Shown here in pieces: positions 21,757 through 34,070 of a stretch of 64,000 nt of DNA. Under the pieces are notes generated by a model. That model did no database searches. It saw only the letters and a list, made by a program, of their open reading frames with translations, and was not told the origin of the DNA. The stretch covers positions 4,774,001-4,838,000 of the forward strand of contig CATNEN010000007.1 of assembly GCA_950097015.1 (NCBI GenBank). Reading direction: 5' to 3'. The translations under genes were made by a program, and so were the position numbers. Source of the DNA: Macrostomum hystrix (lineage: Eukaryota; Animalia; Platyhelminthes). Within the stretch, counting starts at the first letter, position 1. Each line of letters begins with the position of its first letter.

Positions 21757-24702
21757 CCTTTTCCACTTCAAGTCTGTCACAAGTAACTTCAAATCTGCCG
21801 TAGATAGCAGAAAGGCATACATTCAGCTCGCAAGCCGAGCGCCAACTTAAGAGTCTATGGTTAAAGCTCAGATCAATTCTGTCAAAAGTAACTTCAAATC
21901 TGTCCACTGAACAGATCAAAGATTATAAATACCCAATTATAAATACAAGGGTATTTATAATCTTTGGTCACAAGTAAGTTCAAATCTGTCAGAGATATAT
22001 ATGTTGACAGCAACGCGAGTTCACAACCATTTTTTCTTGCCTTACCCACCATGCCCTATGCAAGAATATGCTTAATAGACAGGCAGCGCCTGGTTTAACA
22101 GCTACAACACTGGACGGGACTGGAAGAGACTGGCCATTGACCTCGGAATCAAAAGGACCACCGCAAACCTGATCCTAAAGCGCTATCTAGAGGAAAACCG
22201 GACAGAATACAGAGCAAGGGGAGGGGCTAGACACGTGAAAGTAAGTGAACAGATACTTCAAGCACTTCACCGGTATGTTGCTGAGAAGCCGACCATCATA
22301 TTGAGTGAAATGCGAGAGAGGCTGACTGTTGAATTTCCCGACGCACCCGCTGTTTCTATACTCAATGCCTGAGCAAGAAGCTAGACGGTACTCTGATAAC
22401 CTTAAAGGACGTCAGGCATGTGCACGCGGGCTGGAATGCGCCAGGCACCAAGGATGCGCGAGCGATGTAGATGCAATGGATGATGAATGAGGGTCATCTT
22501 CAAGAGCATCTGATATACACTCAGCAACATTGAAAAGTTTCCACCCTAGCGCACGATGGGTCAACGTTTTGGTAGGTGGAGATATTTGTGGTTTGAGCCA
22601 TAGACAGATATAAAATCCGGATTCGAACGAAGCAAACGAACAGCAAAGAAAGTACGCGAGCATCTGGTGCCAACTGGCCCAGAACAGGGTCAGTAACGCG
22701 TACAGCAGCCACGTGCGTGCAGCAGAGCGCACACTCTCCGGGCATACCCACAACCAGGCGTCGCAGAAAATCTTGCGGTAGCTGTTGCCATGCAGTAGAC
22801 AGTGATTCGCGGTAGACAGTGATTCCGAAGTAGTCAGTCCTTCAGATGCAACACAGCGGCTGCGCGATGCGGTGGGGCGTTGTCGTCTTGGAGGACGCTG
22901 TTCCCCACGCCACCACATGAAGCATCAATGAAGGGCAGCAGCGTCTGTAGAAGGTTGGCTTGGCAAAAAAATTGGCAAATACGACTCGGCAGTCACAGTC
23001 GCATCCAGGAACACGAGCTCCGTCTTTGCGTGCATTGTGATGCCTGCCCACACGTGAATAGAAGCTGCAGCTCTCTGAGTTTTGCACGTGCTGCGGCAGC
23101 ATCTCCTGGCGTGGCTGGCGCCACACTCGAATGCGGCCGTCGGCACGGAACAATCGAAAGCGGCTCTCATCCGCGAAAATCACTCGCCGCCACTGCTGCT
23201 GCCTCCACTGGACCCTTTGCATTTCCCATTGTTGCCGGCTGGCCCCATGGGTTGGGGTCAGGCGTGGCCGTTTGCGCATCTTACGGGATCACAGCCCCAA
23301 CTCCCGCTATTGTCGTCGGATGGTTTGGGCGCTCAGAAATCCCCTCGCCTGCTTCTTTCAGCCCACATCAGCCGTAGCAGGGTGGCTGGCAATGTGGGGC
23401 TTCCCTTTGACATTCGCAGCGATCGCCGGTCCGCCCTCCTAGTTGTACTGCGCAAATTGAGCCGCCGGCCGCGCGTGGCTAGCGCCACGCTGCCAGTTTC
23501 TCTGCACTTGATCTGCAGTTTGCGGATTGCTGTGCGAGACCGCCCAATTTGGCGAGTAATAGCTCGGATGGACACCCCAGCGTCCAGCATGCCAACGGCG
23601 CGCGCTCGTTCCAGGTCGGTCATTTGGCGAACCATTCCGTTTGGTTGCGAACGTGGATCATAGACTCCTGTAGGCTGACTGCTACATGTGAATGTTTCCT
23701 TCGACTTGTCTGGCGTCTATGGCCCAAGTGCGTGTTGACGAAATCATCAATCGTCTATGGCACAAGTCTGGCGACAAAAACCGGTTTTGAAACTCTAAAT
23801 ATACAACTTGCGCGAGGGTGGAAACTTTTCAATGTTGCTGAGTGTACGTCGATGAATGTGGCTTTAACTTGTGGACTTCGCGGTCTAAAGGCTGGTCAGC
23901 TGCTGGCGATCGTGCTGTGCGAATTACCGATGGTCAGCGCGGTCGCAATGTCACCGTCGTTCTCGCAGTGAGTCCCCAGCTTGGATTGGTTCACTATGCA
24001 TGTCACGTTGGTGGCTTCACAGAAGAACGCTTCACTGCATTCTGCTCAGAGGTGTCTGTACTTGTTGAAGTACCATTCGTGATGGTGCAGGCGGACAATG
24101 CGAGAGCCCACACCAACGTACTTCCGATGCAAAGGGAAGACCAAACCATACGTTTCCTACCCGTGTATTCTCCGTTTCTCAATGCGACTGAGATGGCCAT
24201 CTCAGCACTGAAGGCCGCAGTAAAGAGCCGACTGACAGAACCGGCAGTGGTTCGAGAGCTGGGTGATCGCGCCGCCGCAGCGCAGGCTGCGATGACACAA
24301 CTGGCGACTGAGCATTCTGATTCGCGAATTGCATGTCAGCATGCCTCATCTGACACATGACCACTGCCTACGATGGCACCTGCACACGTTGAGTTACGGA
24401 CAGGCCTGCTTGGATCGTCGCGATATTTTTGTTTGAAATATCTTTGCAACTGATTGACTGTAGCAGACATGTTAGCATAGTGAATTACAGAATTTGTTGC
24501 TTTAATTTGAGAACACTGTTCAAAATAAACCTTTGTTTCGTTATCTGTTCAGTGGACAGATTTGAAGTCACTTTTGACAGAATTGATCTGAGCTTTAACC
24601 ATAGACTCTTAAGTTGGCGCTCGGCTTGCGAGCTGAATGTATGCCTTTCTGCTATCTACGGCAGATTTGAAGTTACTTGTGACAGACTTGGAGTGGAAAA
24701 GG
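21757..24702 (+). mobile_element. IS630-Tc1-mariner element with ~160-bp TIRs (IR/DR-type), transposase disrupted
   Basis: TIRs 21757-21916 and 24543-24702 contain direct repeats AAGT(A/G)ACTTCAAATCTG. TA at the right end, AA at the left. The transposase N-terminus (~22080-22517, with stops and a frameshift) joins IY|VDECGFNLW...ADNARAH...YSPFLNATE (23845-24360) across the nested insertion. Confidence 0.85.
22518..23844 (-). mobile_element. Tc1-family transposon (degenerate), nested insertion
   Basis: 30-bp perfect TIR CACTCAGCAACATTGAAAAGTTTCCACCCT; TA duplications at 22516-17 and 23845-46. Minus-strand frameshifted transposase: paired-like HTH (23635-23333), WRRVIFADESRF, VWAGI, QDDNAPPH. 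Confidence 0.9.
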
Positions 24703-25698
24703 TATAGTCGCGCCCATATGAATCAGCGTGATACTCGGGTTGTGTTAAGGAAGATTATTTACATGCAGCCTTAGCCTTAATTTATTATTTCTCGATGCTG
24801 ACGTCTGATTGAGTGAGAGTGAATAAGTCACGCGATCTGCGCCCGTTTTGCAGATATTTGGGCCAGAAAAGGAAGCGCGGATCAAGTCAAGAGGATATTT
24901 CAGTCAACATTTTTAAAAGTACAGAACGAGGCGCAAAGTCTGTTTCGATAGGAGAATGCTGGAGCTCATTCTCAATGGTGCTTGGCTTGACAATCCGCCT
25001 CTGACTGACTAATCATGCAAGTTTCTTGGCTTAAAAAGCTCATTAGCTGAGATATCGCACTGTAGGATGAAATGAAAATTCATCTGCCCAAAGCCTGCAC
25101 AACAATAACACTGACCTTTAGGATGTACAAAAAAACATTTTTTATAATTGCATGCAAATTAATACTTCAAGTATTTCCAGGTACCTTCCCCTGGATCTTA
25201 ATGACTGATTTGTTTGATATTTACCTGCTGATTTTGTCCTTGATAGCACGTTTCTTCGCACTTCAAAAGATAATAGAATACTGATTTGACACGAAAGCTG
25301 ATAAACAACTCGCGTGTAAGTGCATGGTTTTGGTGCACAATTGTCCGGCAAAAGAAAAATACTAATATTGTTTCATGCTAGAAAAAATGCGCATTGTCAG
25401 CTTGCCTAATCTCGGGCCATTGTGTCAGGCACGGCCCGATGCGAGAGGCAATGAGCCAGGAAATGAAGGCCACCAGAGATCAGAAATGCAAACAAAAGCA
25501 GCTCACACAAGCATTTATTCCCTCATTATTTCTCCTCAGCCGCGATCAGAATCGATTTCTGCAGTATTTCTCAGAGCAGAAAAGGGATCAGTTTTTTACA
25601 AAAGCTGAGGAAAATTGACTTCCTAATTCAAAATTCTGATTTGGAAAGCCTTTTTGGATATAACAAGTACTTACAGGCGCCGCAGTTCTCTCTAAGGC

Positions 25699-26215
25699 CA
25701 CCAGAGTGTTCTAGTACTCCCAATGTACACCAGAGTGTTCTAGTACTCCCAATGTACACCAGAGTGTTCTAGTACTCCCAATATACACCAGAGTGTTCTA
25801 GTACTCCCAATGTACACCAGAGTGTTCTAGTACTCCCAATGTACACCAGAGTGTTCTAGTACTCCCAATGTACACCAGAGTGTTCTAGTACTCCCAATGT
25901 ACACCAGAGTGTTCTAGTACTCCCAATGTACACCAGAGTGTTCTAGTACTCCCAATGTACACCAGAGTGTTCTAGTACTCCCAATATACACCAGAGTTTC
26001 CTAGTACTCCCAATATACACCAGAGTGTTCTAGTACTCCCAATGTACACCAGAGTGTTCTAGTACTCCCAATGTACACCAGAGTGTTCTAGTACTCCCAA
26101 TGTACACCAGCTAGAGTGTTCTAGTACTCCCAAAGTACACCAGAGTGTTCTAGTACTCCCAATGTACACCAGAGTGTTCTAGTACTCCCAATGTACACCA
26201 GAGTGTTCTAGTACT
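25699..26215. repeat. Minisatellite, 29-bp unit (~18 copies)
   Basis: CACCAGAGTGTTCTAGTACTCCCAATGTA tandem with no spacers. Confidence 0.95.
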
Positions 26216-26994
26216 TGGGAGTTTGGGAGTTTAGTGCCTTGCTCAAAAATACAAATGGTTTCAAAATTAGTTTTGATACACATTAGGGGAACTTCTATTT
26301 AAACAGTCATCAATGTTTGACATCTCCAGAAAGTCGCTGACCTGACAAGAACTCCGCTCTGCAGAGCTGCGCCGCATAGTTGCGGGTGCCAAATTGTGTC
26401 CAACCATTGCATGCGGCCCCACTGAAATTTAAGAGCGCCTTCACACCTGGTTGATTGACAGATGACCATGCAGCGGGCACTTGAAGCTCTCTACACCCGT
26501 CTTGTTCTCCCACTTCAGTTGTTCATATTATTCAAGAGCTTGAATAACAGCCGTTTGGTACACAATCGTATAGATTATAATATAGATTATTTACCAATGT
26601 TACAATATTGAGTACGAGCAATAGAACTGATCCAGTTTATGCATTGCCTGTGAAGTATACAGCAGGTATTTTATGCATACTAATGACTGTGACACGTGTC
26701 CTTCTTCTGTATTCTGCAGGAAGTTTGTGCGTGTTTTTAGCGCTAAAAACACGCACATCACCTTGCTATACGTGTATAGGTATTAGTTACGAGTCGTACT
26801 AGTTGGAAAATAACAAGCTGTCGCAGAGCTGGCTGCCAGTGAGTAAAGCTGTAATGCATGCTGGCGCGGTACCCTTATTGCTGTACATTCGATTTCGCTT
26901 TAAGTGTCATGCAGTGCGTCACACAGTTTTATGTGTTTGTCAGAAAGCAAACCGCTTAATCCCAGTTTCTTTATTAACTCAATTTATGAATTTA

Positions 26995-27260
26995 GTGAGT
27001 GAGGTATACACAGTGGGTGAGCGAGGTATACACAGTGGGTGAGTGAGGTATACACAGTGGGTGAGTGAGGTATACACAGTGGGTGAGTAAGGTATACACA
27101 GTGGGTGAGTGAGGTATACACAGTGGGTGAGTGAGGTATACACAGTGGGTGAGTAAGGTATACACAGTAGAAGAGTAAGGTATACACAGTGGGTGTGTGA
27201 GGCATACACAGTGGGTGAGTGAGGTATACACAGTGGGAGAGACTGGGTGAGTGAGGGAAA
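26995..27260. repeat. Minisatellite, 22-bp unit
   Basis: GTGAGTGAGGTATACACAGTGG tandem. Confidence 0.9.
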
Positions 27261-27289
27261 CACGTTGGGTGAGATGAGTAAGATCAGAA

Positions 27290-27870
27290 AAGACTGGAGG
27301 TGAAAAAGACTGTGGGTGAATGTGAAAAGGACAGTGGGTGAATGTGGGAAAGACTGGAGGTGAATGTGAAAAAGACTGTGGGTGAATGTGAAAAAGACTG
27401 GGTGAATGTGGGAAAGACTGTGGGTGAATGTGAAAAAGACTGGGTGAATGTGGGAAAGACTGGGTGAATGTGGAAAGGACTGTGGGTGAATGTGAAAAAG
27501 ACTGGGTGAATGTGGAAAGGACTATGGGTGAATGTGAAAAGAACAGTGGGTGAATGTGGGAAAGACTGTGGGTGAATGTGAAAAAGACTGTGGGTGAATG
27601 TGGAAAGGACTGTGGGTGAATGTGAAAAAGACTGGGTGAATGTGGAAAGGACTATGGGTGAATGTGAAAAGGACAGTGGGTGAATGTGGGAAAGGACAGA
27701 GGGTGAATGTGGGAAAGACTGGAGGTGAATGTGAAAAAGACTGGGTGAATGTGGAAAGGACTGTGGGTGAATGTGAAAAAGACTGGGTGAATGTGGAAAG
27801 GACAGTGGGTGAATGTGAAAAATATTGTGGGTGAATGTGGAAAGGAGTGTGGGTGAATGTGGGAAAGATT
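27290..27870. repeat. Minisatellite, ~19-23-bp variable unit
   Basis: GGGTGAATGTG(A/G)AAAAGACT(GT) tandem. Confidence 0.9.
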
Positions 27871-28508
27871 TGGTGAATGTGCGAATGAACAAGGCAAAAA
27901 ATGAAACAGAAAACTCTCTTTGAGACTCCAAGACAGCTCTAAAATGAGTGCAGTGTTTTGGCTTCACAATTTCCAAGCCATGCAGGCTAGGATCCGCAGC
28001 AGCAGTTAGTCAGACGGACAAAAGGTAAAGAGATTTCGAAGGAGCCACAATGTCCTAAATCCTGAATATAAAACGAACCCAATTAAAAATTCGCATTAGC
28101 ATTGACCTAGGTTGCAATCAGCCAAACCAGCCAGAGACCCGGAAAGTTAACTGAAAAGATCATAATTCACTCAGACAGGTCGGTGCCTTTCAATGCCTGT
28201 GCACTTTAAGAGTGCAAACATCTGGCCCCAATTGAAGCCTGGGACTCGTCAGCTACTTTAAAAGCAGCAGAAATATCAGCCACATCAGAACCGCCATAAC
28301 TTGGCGATAAATTTGGACGCTGAAGCACCGATAACAGTTGCCCGTCACCTTTGCGCCTCAAACGGATCTGATTGGCTGAGACATCAGACCGGCACTTTCG
28401 CTCACATATTTTCTATTTATTTACTGCTCCGCCCACCCTGACAAACTACGCTTCACACTTTTTGTTGCGAGAAAAACAAGCGGCTGAATCTAGGCGAGCT
28501 TACTGGCC

Positions 28509-30038
28509 ATGCCCCTGCTGGTACGACTGCTGCCCGAAGCCGGCAATGCAACTGCCAACTCCACTGCAGGAGCTGGCCACGACTCGCTGCAGCTCAGCGG
28601 GCTGCAAGTCACCCCGTCTGAGGCGCTGATAGCCAGCCTGCTGTCCCTGCTGGCCAGCCTGACCATCTTTGGCAACTCGCTGGTCATCCTGGCTGTGCTG
28701 CGCGATCGCCACCTGCGCACCGTCACCAACTACTTCATCGTGTCGCTGGCCACCGCCGACTTGCTCATGGGCCTGGTGGTTGTGCCCTTCTCGGCTGTGT
28801 CCTACGCCACCAGCGACCGTTGGCTCTTCGGCCCTGTCTGGTGCGACCTCTGGCATGCGTTCGACGTTCTGAGCACCACGGCCAGCATCCTGAACCTCTG
28901 CATCATCGCCATGGAACGCTACTGGGCCATTGAGAACCCGATCAGCTACCCGAGCCGCATGACTGGCAGGCGCTGCCTCATGATGGTCTCCGCTGCCTGG
29001 ATTCTGGCCTGCCTCATCAGCTTCCCCGCCATCTGCTGGTGGCGCGCCACCGCGGACGCGACGCCTCCGGGCGAAGTCTACGAGTGCCGATTCACCAGCG
29101 ATCCGGTCTACCTGATCTGCTCCAGCCTGGTGTCGTTCTACGCCCCACTGCTGGTGATGGTGTTCGTGTACTGCAAGATCTACAGAACTGCCACGCAGCT
29201 GGTCCGCGGCTGGCACACCGGCGCCAAGGTTGTCGTGAACACCGGCTGCGGCATTGACGGCGGAGGCAGCGGCCGCGGTGGCGCCAACGGCGCCAACGGT
29301 CGACGCGCATCGGCCATCGTCCTGCGCATTCATCGCGGACGCAAGGAGTTGACGCCTGCTGAAGCTGCCGAGGCCACAGCAGCTGCCGCAAAACAGCATC
29401 AGCACGGCAGCCTGGGCCTGCGCCGCAAGCTGGCCCGATTCTCCCGCGAGCAGCGGGCCGCCAAGACGCTCGGCGTCGTCATGGGCGTTTTCATCGCCTG
29501 CTGGCTGCCGTTCTTTGTCTGCAATGTTGTTACCGCAGTGGCGCCCGAAGCGCTCGGAGGCGGCGGACGGGCGTTTGGCCAGGTGGTGACGTGGCTGGGC
29601 TACGCGAACAGCTGCATCAACCCCGCCATCTACGCGCACTCGATGCGAGACTTTCGCCGCGCCTTCCTGCGCCTGCTGGGTTGCCGGCGTCGGAGTCGTC
29701 AGGCGGCGGCTGCAGCGGTCGGGAATCCGCCAGTGACTGCCGCCTCGGCCGCCGGCGTCACAGCAGCCACTGGCTCATCGGCGCCGTCATCCAGCCGCTT
29801 TAGCTGCCGGCCGCTGAAACGCAGTGTCAGTCGCCGGCGTCGAGAGCGTCAAGCGCGCCATCAGCAGTCGCAGAAGGCCGACTCTTTCGTGCGTCGAGGA
29901 CAGCAAACTATTTCGGCATCAGGAGGCGCGCAGCGCCTGGCATCGACTTGCTCGGAGGACACTCGGCTGCGGCCGCCATCTCCGATTTTCGCCTGCAACT
30001 CCGCGTCGATGCTGGACCTGTGGAGTTCGCAGGCCTGA
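28509..30038 (+). CDS. Dop1R2: Aminergic class A GPCR, invertebrate D1-like dopamine receptor (Dop1R2/INDR type), 509 aa, single exon
   Basis: 7 TMs. TNYFIVSLATAD, WCDLWHAFDVLSTTASILNLC (Asp3.32), ERYWAI.NPISYP, TM5 SS..SF, IL3 LRIHRG and RKLARFSREQRAAKTLG, CWLPFF, NPAIY. Confidence 0.8.
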   Translation: MPLLVRLLPEAGNATANSTAGAGHDSLQLSGLQVTPSEALIASLLSLLASLTIFGNSLVILAVLRDRHLRTVTNYFIVSLATADLLMGLVVVPFSAVSYATSDRWLFGPVWCDLWHAFDVLSTTASILNLCIIAMERYWAIENPISYPSRMTGRRCLMMVSAAWILACLISFPAICWWRATADATPPGEVYECRFTSDPVYLICSSLVSFYAPLLVMVFVYCKIYRTATQLVRGWHTGAKVVVNTGCGIDGGGSGRGGANGANGRRASAIVLRIHRGRKELTPAEAAEATAAAAKQHQHGSLGLRRKLARFSREQRAAKTLGVVMGVFIACWLPFFVCNVVTAVAPEALGGGGRAFGQVVTWLGYANSCINPAIYAHSMRDFRRAFLRLLGCRRRSRQAAAAAVGNPPVTAASAAGVTAATGSSAPSSSRFSCRPLKRSVSRRRRERQARHQQSQKADSFVRRGQQTISASGGAQRLASTCSEDTRLRPPSPIFACNSASMLDLWSSQA

Positions 30039-31055
30039 AGTTATTTAGTGCGGATCGAATCCCCGAGAACATTGCGAATTTCATGATGTAATCATGTCAC
30101 TGATCCTCACAGTCATGGCTGCGTCATGAATACTCTACAGTTGTAAAGACAGTAAATCCTGGATTGCCTAGACCCAGGCTTTCATTGCATCTAGGCAAAA
30201 TTTATCTTCTGTAATCCCCGTGCGAGTCTTAACTCTCAATGTCAACAGAGATGTGCATATCTCTTGAATTTTCTATAATTCTGCCGCAACTGGCGCTGCT
30301 TAAGCTCAGATTTCACTTAGCTTTTGCACCTGCTAAACGCTGATGGACCGCCTTGCGCGGAAACAACAGACCAGTCAGTGTCTGGGAACCCAGTTCATTA
30401 ACAATGAGCTTGAGAATCTAAATACGCGCTGGCCTGTTGCCAGGTCAGTTGCTAGGCCAGAATGCCGCTCTCGTATTGACAATTAGCGTCCAGCCTCCAC
30501 CGCGGCTGTTGATGATGCGACCAAGGAGGAGAGGCCGATAAGTCGATCGCAGCCAGTGGTAATGCGATACGGCCAGGACCACGTGCTCTGCACTTCCTTT
30601 CCTAGAGTGGCCTTTGGCTTCGGCCACGACAGTCGGCTTGGCTGCATTAGCAGGCAGTCGCTAGGCGGCAAAATCGATTAATCCCTAATCAGCAACAATC
30701 GATGCCGCCAGCCAAGCCCATAGTCTGGACTGTTGTGGCTAATTGATTTGCAGAAAGCTTTTGTTCACTCAATCTACGTGCGAGTCTGTTTTGTTTTGGG
30801 TTGCCATGGCAATATTTTATGAACAGATTTCAAATCGCATCACTAATAGTTTTTAACTGTTGCAGCTTCTATATGTATATAGCTATATATGGCTATATGG
30901 TATATGGCTACGAGCGTATGATAATGATAATTCATCATTCATTCTAGCATTCATTTAATGCTGCTTCATTCATCAATGGATTATTCAAACATTCTCAGCT
31001 GACATATTTTACCCTATAGTCTAAATCTATAGTCAAACCAAAACAAAATCTAGGT

Positions 31056-31127
31056 TTCGAACCTCGGGGAATCGAACCCCGATGAAGAAGTATTGAGTCC
31101 AGACGCTCTAACCACGAGGCGACAACC
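31056..31127 (-). pseudogene. tRNA-derived sequence (pseudo-tRNA or SINE head)
   Basis: Minus strand has A-box-like CGTGGTTAGAGC and T-arm GGGGTTCGATTCCCC, followed by T runs. The anticodon arm does not pair. Confidence 0.45.
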
Positions 31128-31974
31128 GCTTTGTAAGCAAACTTATCTATATAAGGCTATATCAAAGTAAAAAATGTAGGCACTCAGAACCGAAAATTGA
31201 ACCCCTTAATAATTAATGGTCAGTATCTTGACAGAATTCTTGTATTCAATAATTGTGTCTAGGCTAAAATTAGAACAAAATTCCGGGAGAGACATCTAGC
31301 GCAATTAGCGATTCGGATAATTGACAGAAGAATGCTACAATTAGGATTTCCTGCCAACAGCAACGTTGATAATTTTAGAACTGCTGTCTCGCTATCAATA
31401 GCCTGAATTCTCGGAGACCTTGCTGCAACTGGCAATGTGGAGCTAGCGATGAGAAGTATTGTTGTTTATAGCACTTCTACATTGATCAAGTAGTTTGGGC
31501 TGCGCACCAGTCTTTCATGAGATTTTGAGACGTTTCCCGTTTCTGATCAAATCACATAGATTACACATCATTGTCAACCAAATAAGAGATTTTCGAAGTG
31601 AGAGGAAAGCCACTTTTCGATAAGAGTACTCACAGAACGAACATTGACTCATCAGAACAGAACAACACAGCAAGGAGTGTCTGCCAGCCACTTGCTCAGC
31701 TACGAGCGTAGTACTTTGCTGTTTTTTTTCATCAATTAGTTTCCGAAGCCCTGTCGCGTGCTGTTTATCGTTTTTCTATAAATTACTGACGGTCTGGGAA
31801 CTAGAGGTCACAGCTACATAGATAATCTCAGAGCTGTGAGCAATTCGAACAACGAAAGTCAGAGAACAATGTCAGGGCTCCGAAAGGTGGTCAGTAAGAA
31901 ACTTTTATGACTCTGAAGTCTATTTGGTAGTTTTCTAATGGTTCTAGCAAAAAGGCTGGGCGAATCACCAATGA

Positions 31975-32745
31975 GTGGATGCGGTGCTGGATGAATGACT
32001 AGGTGAGTGGATGAGGTGCTGGATGAATGACTGGGTGAGTAGATGAGGTGCTGGATGAATGACTGGGTGAGTAGATGAGGTGCTGGATGAATGACTGGGT
32101 GAGTAGATGAGGTGCTGGATGAATGACTGGGTGAGTAGATGAGGTGCTGGATGAATGACTAGGTGAGTAGATGAGGTGCTGGATGAATGACTGGGTGAGT
32201 AGATGAGGTGCTGGATGAATGACTGGGTGAGTAGATGAGGTGCTGGATGAATGACTGGGTGAATAGATGAGGTGCTGGATGAATGACTGGGTGAATAGAT
32301 GAGGTGCTGGATGAATGACTGGGTGAATAGATGAGGTGCTGGATGAATGACTGGGTGAGTAGATGAGGTGCTGGATGAATGACTGGGTGAGTAGATGAGG
32401 TGCTGGATGAATGACTGGGTGAGTAGATGAGGTGCTGGATGAATGACTAGGTGAGTAGATGAGGTGCTGGATGAATGACTAGGTGAGTAGATGAGGTGCT
32501 GGATGAATGACTAGGTGAGTAGATGAGGTGCTGGATGAATGACTAGGTGAGTAGATGAGGTGCTGGATGAATGACTGGGTGAGTAGATGAGGTGCTGGAT
32601 GAATGACTAGGTGAGTAGATGAGGTGCTGGATGAATGACTGGGTGAGTGGATGAGGTGCTGGCTGAATGACGGTGAGTAGATGAGGTGCTGGATGAATGA
32701 CTGGGTGAGTAGATGAGGTGCTGGATGAATGACTGGGTGAGTAGA
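31975..32745. repeat. Minisatellite, 32-bp unit (~24 copies)
   Basis: TGGATGAATGACTGGGTGAGTAGATGAGGTGC tandem. Confidence 0.95.
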
Positions 32746-33699
32746 TGCAGGAAGAGGAAAGTAAGCACGCCAGCATTCAGCCAGTTTTTACCATAATAGT
32801 TCTGATATGCTGCAGATTTAAGAGATCCAAAAGGCCTGCATTGCTGAGTATTTTGATTCAGCAGACCCAGCTTTCTAATTTTCCACCAAAAATTGCCATC
32901 GAATTGACTTCCGCGAAGAAGTTGCAGTCATCGGAGAATCCAATCGGAATTAGTTTTCATACTTCAGTCGGAAGAATTTCTAATCAATCAGCGGCGCATA
33001 AGGTGTCCATAATTACATCCATGCAGCCGAGGGTTCTGCCGACTCAAAGGGTTGCCGCTGCAGCAGGGCAGCCGCGCACGGTTCGTTAGTAGCTCGGCCC
33101 GCAGCCAACCTTTATCGCGTCCAATTAAGTCATAAGAGCGAGTCCTCCGACGTATACGAAGCATAATTGGAGCCGCATAGAAACTACGCCGGTAAGATAA
33201 AGGAAGTGAAGTACGCGTTTTGGTTGGACTTTCTCAATCCGGGTAAGTATTACCGCAGCATTGCGGGGCCTGATTGGGTTGAATCGCAGCCATTCCATAT
33301 ACAAATCGCTTGAGTTATAGTCATACGCTCGTAGAATGACCAGTGACGCATCAAAGGCAGGACTGCAAGGAACACCCACAGCAAGGCTGGGCTGAGTTGA
33401 CAGTAAGCAGTCAAGCCAACTGACTCATCCACTACCGGTCCCACTCGGGCTTCGATTATCGACATCTCAATGAGTCTCAGGGGAATGACAGCGGCTCGAA
33501 CTGAAATCTTGAGTGGGCCCAGCCTAAACTTTGTTGACGTCGGGTGACTACTCAGTGCACAGTAGTTGCTATGCGCACTTTTGTGGAACAGTGCTTTGGG
33601 ACTTAGCCATTCTTACCCCGAACTATGAATAGTTGTTGTGTCTAATGCTTCATATTTATTTACATGGAATAACTTGGCGACTTCATATGATTTATGAAT

Positions 33700-34070
33700 A
33701 GTGTTGGCGCAGCCGAGGATCTGTGAGTGGTGTTGGCGCAGCCGAGGATCTGTGAATGGTGTTGTTGCAGTCGAGGATCTGTGAATTGTGTTGGTGCAGC
33801 CGAGGGATCTGTGAATGGTGCAGCCGAGGATCTGTGAATGGTGTTGTTGCAGTCGAGGGATCTGTGAATGGTGCAGCCGAGGATCTGTGAATGGTGTTGG
33901 TGCAGTCGAGGATCTGTGAATGGTGTTGGTGCAGTCGAGGATCTGTGAATGGTGTTGGTGCAGTCGAGGATCTGTGAATTGTGTTGGTGCAGCCGAGGGA
34001 TCTGTGAATGGTGCAGCCGAGGATCTGTGAATGGTGTTGGTGCAGCCGAGTGATCTGTGAATAGTGTGAT
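33700..34070. repeat. Minisatellite, ~29-bp unit with shorter variants
   Basis: GGATCTGTGAATGGTGTTGGTGCAG(C/T)CGA tandem. Confidence 0.9.

Noticed and set aside
25699-26215. 29-bp direct repeats of CRISPR-like length
   Set aside because: No unique spacers, no cas genes, eukaryotic context.
28500-29639. 379-aa antisense ORF over the dopamine receptor
   Set aside because: Typical GC3-rich antisense shadow ORF with no independent homology.
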